A DNA stretch of 64,000 nt from the NCBI GenBank assembly GCA_038231275.1, contig JBBRLQ010000019.1:64001-128000 (forward strand), in the 5' to 3' direction. The stretch comes from Polyangiales bacterium (lineage in GTDB: Bacteria > Myxococcota_A > Polyangia > Polyangiales > Polyangiaceae). The notes under the pieces are model-generated. The model was not told the origin of the DNA and made no database searches. It worked only from the letters and a program-made list of their open reading frames with translations. Positions 36,086-45,613 of the stretch are shown here, one piece after another (position 1 is the stretch's first letter; each line of letters opens with the position of its first letter). The position numbers were made by a program, and so were the translations under genes.

Positions 36086-39000
36086 TTATCGCTTCCTTCG
36101 CGTCCTCGCGGCAGCGACCACGATTCCGAGGCCACCCAGAAGCAGCGCCACGCGGCCCGCGGCGTCGCTCCACGTCGACGTCTTGTCATGCGAGGCGATC
36201 GCGCAGCCACCCGCCTCGTACGTGGGCGGAGCAGCCGGCGGCACCGGCCGGCAGTCGACGTGCGGCCCCGGTTGCTTCGTCGTGCCCTGCTCGAGCTTCT
36301 TCCCGTAGTCGCCGGTGTTCTGGTTGTCGTGGTGGAAGCTCTCCCACTGCACGACGCCGTCGTCTCTTCCGTGTGTCTTCCACGCGAAAAGGTACCCTTC
36401 GCGCGTGGTCGCGACGACGTCGAGCGCGTGATCGCCGTTGACGTCGCCGACCGCGGGCGTCGCGACGTGCCAACCGTTCGTGAATTTCGGCCAGCCCGGC
36501 GCCTCGCAGCCCCACGCGTCGACGGCGTGGACGAAGTAGCTCGCGGTGCCGAGGATCATCTCGGGGTAATCGTCGCCGCTCAAATCGGCGATCGCGTGGT
36601 TCACGAAGAAGACGAAATCCTCGATCACGAACGGCGAGCCCGAGAACATCTTGCCGGTCTTCCCGTTCCAGAACGCGAGCAGGTTCTGGAACGGCTTGTT
36701 GTACGCGCCGCCGGCGATCGTCCCGGCGAGGCTCAGCGACCCTCCGCTCGTGATGATGTCGGGCGTACCGTCGAGATCCAGATCGCCGATCGACGGCTGG
36801 CTCAAGAACGGGAACATCGTGTCGGGCGTCGTCGCGTTCGACTGCTCGCCGAAGATGCTCGTCGGCTCGACGCCGCGCGATCCGTCCTCACGTACGGGCA
36901 ATCGGTTCGGAGGATCGGCGAAGCCCACCTGCTTGCCCGGATCCGCCTTCGCGACGAGCGGCGGCGAGCCGTTGCCCTGAAGGACAACCTCGGGCACGCC
37001 GTCGCCGTCGAAGTCTGCCGAGGCCGGAGACGCGCCGAGCCCTTCGCCGACGGTGGGAAAGAGGTGCAGCGACGTCATCGAGATCGGCCAGTTCGGCAAG
37101 TACGGTCCGCCCGGCGTCTTGTTGCCGCGTCCGTCGATCATGAAGCCGGGCCCCGCGCCGTCGCCGCCGCCGAGCGTCTCGTTCGAGCCGGTCGCCAAAT
37201 CCGGGATGCCGTCCTTGTTGAAGTCGGTCACCGTCGGCGTGCTCATGATTCGGTTGTACTTTGCAGCCTTCGGCGCGTGCACGAGCACCGGCCACCCGTC
37301 GAGCGGCGTGCCGTCGCCATGAAACACGTGGATCTGCCCGTCGAACGCGGCCTGCACGATCTCGAGCTTCTTGTCGCCGTCGAAGTCAGCGAGCACCGGC
37401 GCCGCGAAGGCTCCGCGCGCGTAGGCGTGCGTGGTGTCGGCGCACGCGACGGTGGGCTTGGGCTTTGCGGTGTCGAGCGGGCACGACACGACCGGCGGGA
37501 GGCGCCGCGGAAAGCCGAGGAGCGGACGGCCGCGCCGATCGATGGCGTAGATCGTCCCGACCCAGCTGGTGAAGACGATGTCGGCGCTGCCATCTCCGTC
37601 GACGTCGCCGATCGCAGGCGCGCCGCCGGTGGCTTCACGTCCGATCGTCGGATCGACGCTGCCGCTCGCGTACGCAGGGGCCGAGAGGTACGACGGCGCA
37701 CCGGGCTCGCGCTCCAGATCCAGGCCGTCGTCGAAGCGCGCGTAGTACGGAAAGCCGCTCACCTCCACCGGCTGTCCGGTACGCATCGACCAAACGTGGA
37801 GCAGGCCATCGGTGGACACGAGCACGATGTCGCGCACGCCGTCGCCGTCGACGTCTGCGAGCTTCGGGCTCGGCTCGCCGCTGCCGCCGATCTTGATCGG
37901 GAAGCCGGGGAGCAGGTCCTCGTCGAGGCCGTTCTTCTGGTTCGTGATGGCGATCGCGCGGCGCGCCTCTCCGGTGACGTCGCCGCCGGGGTAGTGGGCG
38001 ATCGCGCGAACGCGGAGGGTGATCGTGCGATCGTTCTCGCCGTGCGGCGAGTCGGGATCGCGCACGTGCGCGGTGTCGAGCTGCTTGGGATCGAACATCG
38101 CGAGCGCGGCCCCTCCGCCGCCGATCGCCTGCGTGCCGGGCACGTTCGAGACCTGCGCGATGAGCGGCTTCCACTCGCCCTCGCCCGGCTCCACGCCGGC
38201 GCCCCACTCCACGACGTAGTCGTACGACTTCGCGCGCGACGCCGCGACGCGCCCCACGACGGCGATCTGCGCGGGTCCGCGATCGGCGTAAATCGGCTCG
38301 AACCACGCGGGGGACGTGATGTCGACCTCCGGCGGAACGAGCCCGCTCTTCAGCGCCGTGAGCGAACGGTAAATGTTCGCGCGTCCGTACGCGAAGCGCT
38401 GGTCCCAGCCCGGCTTGCTCTCGAAGAGCCCCGCGCGCACGTCGGGATCGGCGCTCCGCGACTCGGGCACGTCGATGTCGTCCGCGTTCATCTTGAGGAG
38501 CTGGATGACCTCCTCCGCAGACAGCGTGAGCGGCGGATTCATCGACGCGGCCATCGAGTACACGAGCCCCGAGAGCCCCGCCGCGCGCCCCGTCGCCTCG
38601 CTCGAGCACGCGGTGCCGGAAATCGACAGCTGCAGCTGCCCGCCGTAGTTCGAGCACGTGTCGTACGAGATGAACGTCGACGACGAGTTCTGGTCCTGCC
38701 CCTCGTAGCGAATCGTGTGGACCGTCAGCGTATGGTTCGCGAGGCCCGGGAAGTTGTGGTGGCGCGCGTCCTCGTCGGCCATGCTCGCCACGACGATGAC
38801 GCCCTTCTTGTACGCGTAGTCCATCGCCGCGCGTGAGAGCGGCGTCTGGTTGATCGCGCCGAGCGCTTCTTGGATGACCTTCACGCCGTTGTCGACGCCG
38901 TAGATGACGGCCTTGCCGAACGCGTTCGAGTCGGCGACGTAGCTGTCGGCGACGCGCAGCGGAATGAAGCGGCACAGCGGGCAGACGCCGACGCTGCCCT

Positions 39001-39772
39001 TGCCGTTGTTCCCTTCCGCGGAGCTGTCCCGCGCCTCGCCGGTGCCGTGGCCGTAGCGCGTGTCGTCGTAGGGGTTGTTGTCGTGCTTGAAAAAATCCCA
39101 GCCGCTGATGTCGTCGATGTACCCGTTTCCGTCGTCGTCTTTGCCGTCGGAGAAGAGCTCGATGAGATCGCCGGGATCGAAGATGCAGTTGCGGTTCAGG
39201 TCACCGGCGATGCGATCGGGTCCCTTTTTCGTGCGCTCGCCGTCGGCGAAGCACGTGTCTCCGGTGATGACCGGCGCGACGCGCGGATCGGCGCGGTAGT
39301 CGGCGACCGTGAATACGCCGTCCTCGTCGCAGTCGTACCCCGCGAGCGCGCCGGCCCCGCCGCACGCGGCGCCCGCCTTGTCCTGCGGCTGCTTCGCGCC
39401 GGCGAGCTCCTTCGCGTTGAGCCACGCCTTGTTGACGAGATCGTCCGACTCCCACTCGATGCCGCAGTCGATCTCTGCGATGACGGTGTCGGGCCGGCCA
39501 ATCGTGTACGTCCACGCCTTGTCGATGCTCATCCCCGACGCGCCGAGCTTCACGTCGGCCGCGGTGTACGGCAGCGTGCCGGGGTTCTGCTTCGGCAAGT
39601 ACGAGAAGTAGTTCCAGCGATCCTTGTAGTCGGGATCGTTCGGCCAGCTCGCGGGGTTGGTCAGATCGTCGCCGGCCGTCGGAGGCCACGCCGCGCGGGC
39701 GCGATCCGACTGGATTCCGACGAGGACGATTCCGAGACCGGTCAGGACGCTAGCGACACGAAGGGCACGCAT
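36086..39772 (-). CDS. S8 (subtilase) serine peptidase with FG-GAP/VCBS repeats and MYXO-CTERM-like anchor
   Basis: Triad motifs AEIDCG, HGTGEA, GTACSSEA; multiple (G/A)DxDGDG repeats; C-terminal GGC...hydrophobic...RTRRKR. Confidence 0.88.
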   Translation of the reverse strand: MRALRVASVLTGLGIVLVGIQSDRARAAWPPTAGDDLTNPASWPNDPDYKDRWNYFSYLPKQNPGTLPYTAADVKLGASGMSIDKAWTYTIGRPDTVIAEIDCGIEWESDDLVNKAWLNAKELAGAKQPQDKAGAACGGAGALAGYDCDEDGVFTVADYRADPRVAPVITGDTCFADGERTKKGPDRIAGDLNRNCIFDPGDLIELFSDGKDDDGNGYIDDISGWDFFKHDNNPYDDTRYGHGTGEARDSSAEGNNGKGSVGVCPLCRFIPLRVADSYVADSNAFGKAVIYGVDNGVKVIQEALGAINQTPLSRAAMDYAYKKGVIVVASMADEDARHHNFPGLANHTLTVHTIRYEGQDQNSSSTFISYDTCSNYGGQLQLSISGTACSSEATGRAAGLSGLVYSMAASMNPPLTLSAEEVIQLLKMNADDIDVPESRSADPDVRAGLFESKPGWDQRFAYGRANIYRSLTALKSGLVPPEVDITSPAWFEPIYADRGPAQIAVVGRVAASRAKSYDYVVEWGAGVEPGEGEWKPLIAQVSNVPGTQAIGGGGAALAMFDPKQLDTAHVRDPDSPHGENDRTITLRVRAIAHYPGGDVTGEARRAIAITNQKNGLDEDLLPGFPIKIGGSGEPSPKLADVDGDGVRDIVLVSTDGLLHVWSMRTGQPVEVSGFPYYARFDDGLDLEREPGAPSYLSAPAYASGSVDPTIGREATGGAPAIGDVDGDGSADIVFTSWVGTIYAIDRRGRPLLGFPRRLPPVVSCPLDTAKPKPTVACADTTHAYARGAFAAPVLADFDGDKKLEIVQAAFDGQIHVFHGDGTPLDGWPVLVHAPKAAKYNRIMSTPTVTDFNKDGIPDLATGSNETLGGGDGAGPGFMIDGRGNKTPGGPYLPNWPISMTSLHLFPTVGEGLGASPASADFDGDGVPEVVLQGNGSPPLVAKADPGKQVGFADPPNRLPVREDGSRGVEPTSIFGEQSNATTPDTMFPFLSQPSIGDLDLDGTPDIITSGGSLSLAGTIAGGAYNKPFQNLLAFWNGKTGKMFSGSPFVIEDFVFFVNHAIADLSGDDYPEMILGTASYFVHAVDAWGCEAPGWPKFTNGWHVATPAVGDVNGDHALDVVATTREGYLFAWKTHGRDDGVVQWESFHHDNQNTGDYGKKLEQGTTKQPGPHVDCRPVPPAAPPTYEAGGCAIASHDKTSTWSDAAGRVALLLGGLGIVVAAARTRRKR

Positions 39773-39888
39773 GTGCCGGGCAAAATACCATGCGATTTCG
39801 CCACGGCAGCGCCTTTCATGTCTCTGTCATGTCTCGCCCACGTCACGCGCCACGGGATGCGCCTTTGCGTGCGCGTACGCGTGCGCCG

Positions 39889-40497
39889 TCAGTACTCGCC
39901 GAACAGATCTTGAATCCGCGACTCGAGCGCGATGGCGATCTTGTAGAGCGACGAGATCGACGCGCTCGACTCGGCGCGCTCGATTTGCGAGAGGAGCGAC
40001 ACGCTGAGGCCGGTGCGGCGGCTCATCTGCTTGAGCGTCAGATCCTTCTCTTTGCGGAGGTTGCGGATCGTGTCGCCGATGACGCGGTGGAGCTGCTCCT
40101 CCGGCGTGCGCGCGAGCCCCTTCTTGCGCATCACGCGCGCCAGCACCTCGCGAAACTCGTCCACGTTGAAGGGCTTCTTGATGTAGTCGACGGCGTCGAG
40201 CTTCATCGAGGCGACGGCGCTCTCTAGGTTCGGGTAGCCGGTGAAGATGACGACGGCGATGTCGCTGTCGATCTTTCGGATGCGGCGCAGGACCTCGATT
40301 CCGTCCAGCTTCGGCATCATCAGGTCGAGGATGACGAGGTGGTAGCCGCCTGTGCGCAGCTCTTCTTCTACGAAGGTCGGATCGCTGACCGCCTTCACCT
40401 GGAAGCCGTCGCGCTCGAGGAGGGTCTGCATGTAATCGCAGATCGCGCGGTCATCATCGACGATCATGATCCGAACGGCGGGCAACTCGACGGGCAT
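39889..40497 (-). CDS. digR: Response regulator, receiver + XRE-type HTH (DigR-like)
   Basis: AAGGAG SD; IVDDD, LDLMMP, KKPF; IGDTIRNLRKEKDLTLKQMSRRTGLSVSLLSQIERAESSAS. Confidence 0.85.
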   Translation of the reverse strand: MPVELPAVRIMIVDDDRAICDYMQTLLERDGFQVKAVSDPTFVEEELRTGGYHLVILDLMMPKLDGIEVLRRIRKIDSDIAVVIFTGYPNLESAVASMKLDAVDYIKKPFNVDEFREVLARVMRKKGLARTPEEQLHRVIGDTIRNLRKEKDLTLKQMSRRTGLSVSLLSQIERAESSASISSLYKIAIALESRIQDLFGEY

Positions 40498-40856
40498 CGG
40501 CGTGCTCCTTGAGGGCGGTTTCGGGGGGCGAGGCAACTTCGGCTGCGCGTTCCGTTGGGAGCGGTTGCGACAGCAGTTACAGTTAGGCTTTACTCACCGA
40601 CCGGGGGTTGGGAAGGGGGTGCGATGATGATTTTTCGAAAGTTTCTGGCTAGATACATACTTCCATCCGCACTGGAATCCTCGGATCGCGTTTTCGAGAG
40701 TTTAGCCTCACTGGATCTGACACGACCACCGTGGTCAGAAAATGGCCATCCAGGGGGATTTTTCGGCTCCGCGCCTGGGCGAAGGTGCGATGCGGCCTCT
40801 CGCCGTGCTGAGGCGAGCGAAATCCTCGGCCCGCATAGGCTTCTCGCACGAAGCGA

Positions 40857-40885
40857 TTGACCTTTGGGGTCCGGACCGCCATAAG
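40857..40885 (+). promoter_or_regulatory. Sigma70-like promoter for tRNA-Pro
   Basis: TTGACC-17 bp-CATAAG ending 16 bp before the tRNA. Confidence 0.55.
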
Positions 40886-40901
40886 ACACCCCACGTTTCT
40901 C

Positions 40902-40978
<77 letters not shown>

Positions 40979-41009
40979 CGAGGGTGTCCACGGTTCGTGG
41001 ACACCCTCG
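40979..41009. terminator. Perfect 13-bp hairpin after tRNA-Pro (first of about three hairpins between convergent tRNA-Pro and the TfoX-family gene)
   Basis: CGAGGGTGTCCAC-GGTTC-GTGGACACCCTCG; no U-tract. Confidence 0.6.
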
Positions 41010-41135
41010 AGTCGGTTAACGGTTCGTGTTGGGAACCTGCCGGTTCCCCTCCTGTCGCTTCGCGAATCGTGCGGCGCACGATGGGGAGAACACCCGCCTC
41101 GCAAGGCGTTTCTCATTTCCCCTATTGGCGAGCGC

Positions 41136-41582
41136 CTACTTCTTCTTGGCAGCTCTCTTCGTCGCCGGCGCTGCCTTTTTCTTCGGAGCCGCCGCCTTTG
41201 CGGGCTTCTTCTGCGCCGCCGCCTTCGTCGCCTTCGCAGCCTTCCGCGGCAGCTTCGCCGCCGCCGCGAACGCGCGCGCCAGCCAGCGGCGTAGCTCGGC
41301 AGGCTCCTCCATCATCGCCTCCGGCAGCATCACCTTGTCGCTCCGCACGCGGCCGTTGCCCATCGGATCGAACAGCGACGCGCCCTCGAGCGCCAGCGCC
41401 TCGGCGCGCTCGTCTTCGGGCAACCACACCATCGTCGAGCGACCGAAGAGGCCCGCGAAGAAGTTGCCGTTCACCTTCGCCGCGACGCCTCCGAACATCT
41501 GGAGCGTTTCGAGGCGCGGATCCTTCGGGAGTGCCGCGTGGAAAATCGGATGGTGCTCCGAGGGAACTTTGACCCACGCCAT
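41136..41582 (-). CDS. TfoX/Sxy N-terminal-domain protein with Lys/Ala-rich tail
   Basis: MFGGVAAKVNGNFFAGL, FDPMG..., C-terminal KAAKATKAAAQKKPAKAAAPKKK. Confidence 0.85.
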   Translation of the reverse strand: MAWVKVPSEHHPIFHAALPKDPRLETLQMFGGVAAKVNGNFFAGLFGRSTMVWLPEDERAEALALEGASLFDPMGNGRVRSDKVMLPEAMMEEPAELRRWLARAFAAAAKLPRKAAKATKAAAQKKPAKAAAPKKKAAPATKRAAKKK

Positions 41583-41620
41583 CGCGCGAGCCTACTGCGA
41601 GCTTGGTTGCGGCGCGAGCC

Positions 41621-43885
41621 TCAGAGCGGGGCGTCGCGCGAGACGATCGTCAGATCGCCGCGCTGCGCCGGGACCGCGGTCTTGGGGCGGGCCGTCGCGA
41701 TCGGCGCGGCGCTCGGGGGAAGGCCCGATGTCTCGTCGGTGACGGTCACAGTGATGGGCTCGCGCGCCGCCAGGATCTCGACGACCACGCCCTCTGGCGG
41801 AACGCCGGCGACGCGCAGCTCTCGCCACCGAGAGGTGTCGCTTGCCGCGGAGATCGCCGCGCCTTCGAGCCGGACGAATCGCGCCGAGGCGCCCGGAGGA
41901 AGGAGCAGCGTGAGATCGCGCGCGCCTCGCGCCGATCGGAGGCGAAGCGATACGCGGCGCTCGGCCCCTTCGTCGGCGCTCGCAAGCGCCTCGACGACCG
42001 GCGGCGCGAGATCGGCGCGTGGCAGATCCGTGGCGAGCACCAGCTGAGGGGCCCACGGCGCGCGCGGAGACTCGTGCGCCATCCCCAGCGCGGTGCGCAT
42101 GGCATGCGGGACCGCTCCCCACGTGTGCGCGCCCCACGTCGTGTCGACCATCGCGCGAGCACCGGCCGCGTCCTCGGCGAAGACCACGTTCGCGCGCGAC
42201 GGAAAGGCCTCCGTGAACGCCGGCGAGCCGGCGGCTGCTGCGGTCAAGGCGAGCGCTCCAATCGCGAGGATGCCTGGAGCGATCCAGCGCGTCTGCGGTG
42301 CGGCGAGGGCAAAGACCGGCGCGAACGCTGCAGCCAGTACCGCCCCGAGGATGGCCGCGTTGGGCGCCGCGGAGATTCCGAAGCCCGTGTAGAGGAGGAG
42401 CAGCAGCGGCGCGGCCAGCGTCACGAGGGCGAGCGCGGGGATCAAGGAAGCGAGGAGGAGGGCGCCGTCCCCGACGTCCTCGCGCTTGGCGCGCGTGGTC
42501 ACGAGGCCGAGCGCGCCTGCGAGGGCGGCGGGCACCGTGAGGAGGTGGCTCACCGTCGGGAGGTCGACCGCGAGCACGACCCCGGCGATCGCCAACGTCA
42601 GCCACACGCCGCACCACGCTCCCTCGCCGAGGTCGCGCGTCGTCGCGGCGGTGGCGGCCCCGGCCATCGCCACTCCGATCGTCCACATCGCGGCCATCGC
42701 ATACGGCGCGTTCGCCGTCCACGGCGCAGGGAGAACGCCCGACGACATGAGCGTGCTCGTCGACGTCACGGCGAGCGCCATCGCGCCGAGCGCGGCGAAG
42801 GGGAGCACGCCAAGGCCACGCACGAGATCGAGCGGCGTGACCCTCCGGCGCGCGATGCGGCCTGCCATCGCGAGGACCACGAGGACGAGCGCACCCCACG
42901 CGATGCGCGGCGCCCACGCCTCCGGCCAGCACACCACCCACACGCCGATGACGTCGAACCAGATCAGACGCCCGTGCGTGTCGATGTCTGCCTCGGCGAG
43001 ACCGCGCGCCATCGCCAGCGCTCCATCCCCTTCGTGCTGGAGCGAGCTCCGGTCGACGTTGTCCAGGCGATCGAGTGGCGTGTGGTAGCTCGCGAGGTCT
43101 CCCAGGAGCGCGAAGTTGACCCCTTGCGGTGCCCCCGCGCGGTCCTTCCACACCGAAAAGTCGGTGCTGTTCGGCATCGACGCGTAGGCGGTGAAGAGCG
43201 CCGAGCTCGTGAACGGTCGCGGCACTTTGGCGGCGACGACACGCACGACCGCATCGTTCTCGTGGCTCGTCTCGAACAGGATCGCGGGGCCGCCGTTGCC
43301 GCGCGCGTCGACGTTCACGACGGCGCGCACGCCCTCGGCGTCTGGTCCGGCGGCAAACGCGAGCGCCCCGAGGAGCCCAGCCTCTTCGCCCTCGTCGAAC
43401 AGGAGACGAACCGAGCGTGACAGCGGCGGCGCGCTGCGAAGGGCACGCGCGACCTCCAGCAAGACGGCGACGCCGGAGCCATCGTCACCCGCGCCAGGCC
43501 CCGCCGCCACCGAGTCGTAATGCGCGGAGAGCAAGATCGCGTCGGTCGAAGCCCCTTTCACCTCGGCGACCACGTTCCACACGTACGCGCACGACCACCC
43601 GCGGCACGCGAGGCCGCGACGCTGGACGGGCTCCAGGCCGACAGTGACGAGCTCCTTCATGATGCGCGCGCGGACCGCGGCCGATGCGTCGCTACCGACG
43701 GGGTGCGGCGCGCCGTCGCCGAGGACCCGCGTGAGCGTCGCGTGGGCGCGCACGCCGGAGAACCGGTCCGCCGGCGCCGTGTCGGGCAGCGCGTCCGGCG
43801 GGCTGTAGCGGAGCGCGGCGACGAAGAGGACGAGCCCCGCCAGCGTCGCAGCCAGCACCATGGCGTAGCCGCCTGCGAAACGCAT
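41621..43885 (-). CDS. Membrane-bound M28 family metallopeptidase (ERMP1-like)
   Basis: SAHYDS, GAGDDGSG, GEEAGLLGA, NVDARG, YHTPLD, followed by multiple TM segments. Confidence 0.9.
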   Translation of the reverse strand: MRFAGGYAMVLAATLAGLVLFVAALRYSPPDALPDTAPADRFSGVRAHATLTRVLGDGAPHPVGSDASAAVRARIMKELVTVGLEPVQRRGLACRGWSCAYVWNVVAEVKGASTDAILLSAHYDSVAAGPGAGDDGSGVAVLLEVARALRSAPPLSRSVRLLFDEGEEAGLLGALAFAAGPDAEGVRAVVNVDARGNGGPAILFETSHENDAVVRVVAAKVPRPFTSSALFTAYASMPNSTDFSVWKDRAGAPQGVNFALLGDLASYHTPLDRLDNVDRSSLQHEGDGALAMARGLAEADIDTHGRLIWFDVIGVWVVCWPEAWAPRIAWGALVLVVLAMAGRIARRRVTPLDLVRGLGVLPFAALGAMALAVTSTSTLMSSGVLPAPWTANAPYAMAAMWTIGVAMAGAATAATTRDLGEGAWCGVWLTLAIAGVVLAVDLPTVSHLLTVPAALAGALGLVTTRAKREDVGDGALLLASLIPALALVTLAAPLLLLLYTGFGISAAPNAAILGAVLAAAFAPVFALAAPQTRWIAPGILAIGALALTAAAAGSPAFTEAFPSRANVVFAEDAAGARAMVDTTWGAHTWGAVPHAMRTALGMAHESPRAPWAPQLVLATDLPRADLAPPVVEALASADEGAERRVSLRLRSARGARDLTLLLPPGASARFVRLEGAAISAASDTSRWRELRVAGVPPEGVVVEILAAREPITVTVTDETSGLPPSAAPIATARPKTAVPAQRGDLTIVSRDAPL

Positions 43886-43908
43886 GGCGCGATGGTAGCG
43901 TGGCTTTC

Positions 43909-44898
43909 GTGAAGATCACGGTCCTTGGTGCAGGCTACATGGGCAGCGCGATGGCCACGGTCGCGCGGATGTGCGGGCACGATGTGCGGCTCTGGGGCAC
44001 GTGGCTCGACGATCCGATGCTCGATCCCTGCGCGCGCGGCGAGCCGCACCCCCGCTTGAAGCTCACGCTCGACGGCATCGCGCTTCATCGCGCGGCGGAT
44101 CTGGCGAAGGCGCTCGCGGGGGCGGAGCTCGTCGTGCACGCCGTCAACTCGGACGGCGTCGTGCCGGTGATGACGAAGGCGGCGGCGCTTCTGCCCGACG
44201 TGCCGATCCTCAGCGTGACGAAGGGCTTCCTCGAGGCGAAGGGCGGCAAGATGGACCGCATCGATCTCGTCGCGAGCGAGGTCGCCGGGCGGCATCTCCG
44301 CTTCGTCCACGCCGGCGGCCCCGCGAAGGCGATCGAGATCGCGCGCCGCGTGCTGACGCTGATGCAGTTCGCGGGCGCCGACGCGGCGGTTTGCGCCGAG
44401 GCGTTCGCGGCGCCGCACATGCGCATCGCGAAGACCGACGACATCGCCGGAGCCGAAATTTGCTCGGCACTCAAGAACGCCTACGCGACGGGGCTCGGGC
44501 TGTGGGATGGGTTGGTCGGCAAGGACGCCCACAACGCGCGCGCGGCTTGTTTTTCCCAGGGGATTTGGGAGATGCGAAAGCTCGCGATCGCCGCCGGAGG
44601 TCGCGAGGAGACGGTGTTCGGCGCGGCCGGCGTGGGCGATCTTCACGTGACCGCCGCCGGTGGGCGCAATCGCGCGTTCGGCGAGCGCGTCGGGCAGGGG
44701 CGAAAGGCCGCCGACGTCGCGCGCGAGATGCTCGCGGTCGGCGAGCTGACGGAGGGCTACCCGGCCATCAAAACGGCGTGGCGCTTCGCCGCCGAGCGCG
44801 GCGTCCGCGACTTGCCTCTTCTCGAGGCGCTCCACGCCGTCATTTGGGAGGACGCGGAGCCCCGCAAGACGCTCGAGGCCGTCCGCCTCTACGTCTGA
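43909..44898 (+). CDS. gpsA: NAD(P)-dependent glycerol-3-phosphate dehydrogenase family protein (divergent)
   Basis: GAGYMG, SVTKG, ALKNAYA, GVGDLHVT, GRN, EGY. Confidence 0.85.
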   Translation: MKITVLGAGYMGSAMATVARMCGHDVRLWGTWLDDPMLDPCARGEPHPRLKLTLDGIALHRAADLAKALAGAELVVHAVNSDGVVPVMTKAAALLPDVPILSVTKGFLEAKGGKMDRIDLVASEVAGRHLRFVHAGGPAKAIEIARRVLTLMQFAGADAAVCAEAFAAPHMRIAKTDDIAGAEICSALKNAYATGLGLWDGLVGKDAHNARAACFSQGIWEMRKLAIAAGGREETVFGAAGVGDLHVTAAGGRNRAFGERVGQGRKAADVAREMLAVGELTEGYPAIKTAWRFAAERGVRDLPLLEALHAVIWEDAEPRKTLEAVRLYV

Positions 44899-44906
44899 GA
44901 AATTCG

Positions 44907-45335
44907 TTAGCCAGCCAACGAATTCAGTGATGCTCGGCGCTCGAGCTCGGCGACGAGCGCGTCGTAGCCATCGAGGCCGTCGGTGATCCAATAACGTCCG
45001 CGCCACGCGCCCGCGGGGACGACGCGGACGAGCACCCGATCTCGCACGAGGAAGCGCCGAACGCGGACGCGCGCGACGTCGCACCACGCGAACACGTGCG
45101 TTCGTCCGTACGCCGAGAACGCGATCGCGTCGTCCGTCACCTCCACGCGGCTCGGGAAATGAAGCGTCACGAGGCCCCACGCGAGCGACGCGATCGCGCC
45201 GATGGCGAGCGCCGCGCCCCACGGCCCGCCCGTCCACGCCGCCAGCGCGAGCGCCACGAGCACGATTCCGTCCTGCAAGAGCACGCGCGTCCAGAACCGC
45301 CCGCGGCTGTACGCGCAGCGCAGCGGGGCCATCAT
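44907..45335 (-). CDS. Small membrane protein with bacterial PH-like C-terminal domain
   Basis: Two TM segments then VEVTDDAIAF..HVFAW.DVARV; ATGA overlap with PTS IIB. Confidence 0.65.
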   Translation of the reverse strand: MMAPLRCAYSRGRFWTRVLLQDGIVLVALALAAWTGGPWGAALAIGAIASLAWGLVTLHFPSRVEVTDDAIAFSAYGRTHVFAWCDVARVRVRRFLVRDRVLVRVVPAGAWRGRYWITDGLDGYDALVAELERRASLNSLAG

Positions 45336-45613
45336 CCCCCGAGGAGCTTGGCGATCTTCTCGACGTCCGCGTCGATGCCGATCCCCGTGAGGAAGCTGAG
45401 CGTCCGCACGATGGGCTTGCCGCGCGTGTCGTCGACCTCGGTGGTGGAGACGATGAGATCGTACCCAGCGGCCTTGCTTCCGACCTCCGACGCCTTGCAC
45501 TGATCGATCGCCACCACGAGGCCGCGTGCCTTGAGCTTCTCTTCGAGCTTCTTCGCGACGACGGTGGAGGTCGCGATGGCGGTGCCGCACGCGACCAGGA
45601 TCTTCTTCGTCAT
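45332..45613 (-). CDS. gatB: PTS galactitol-family EIIB
   Basis: ILVACGTAIATST phospho-Cys loop. Confidence 0.9.
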   Translation of the reverse strand: MTKKILVACGTAIATSTVVAKKLEEKLKARGLVVAIDQCKASEVGSKAAGYDLIVSTTEVDDTRGKPIVRTLSFLTGIGIDADVEKIAKLLGG

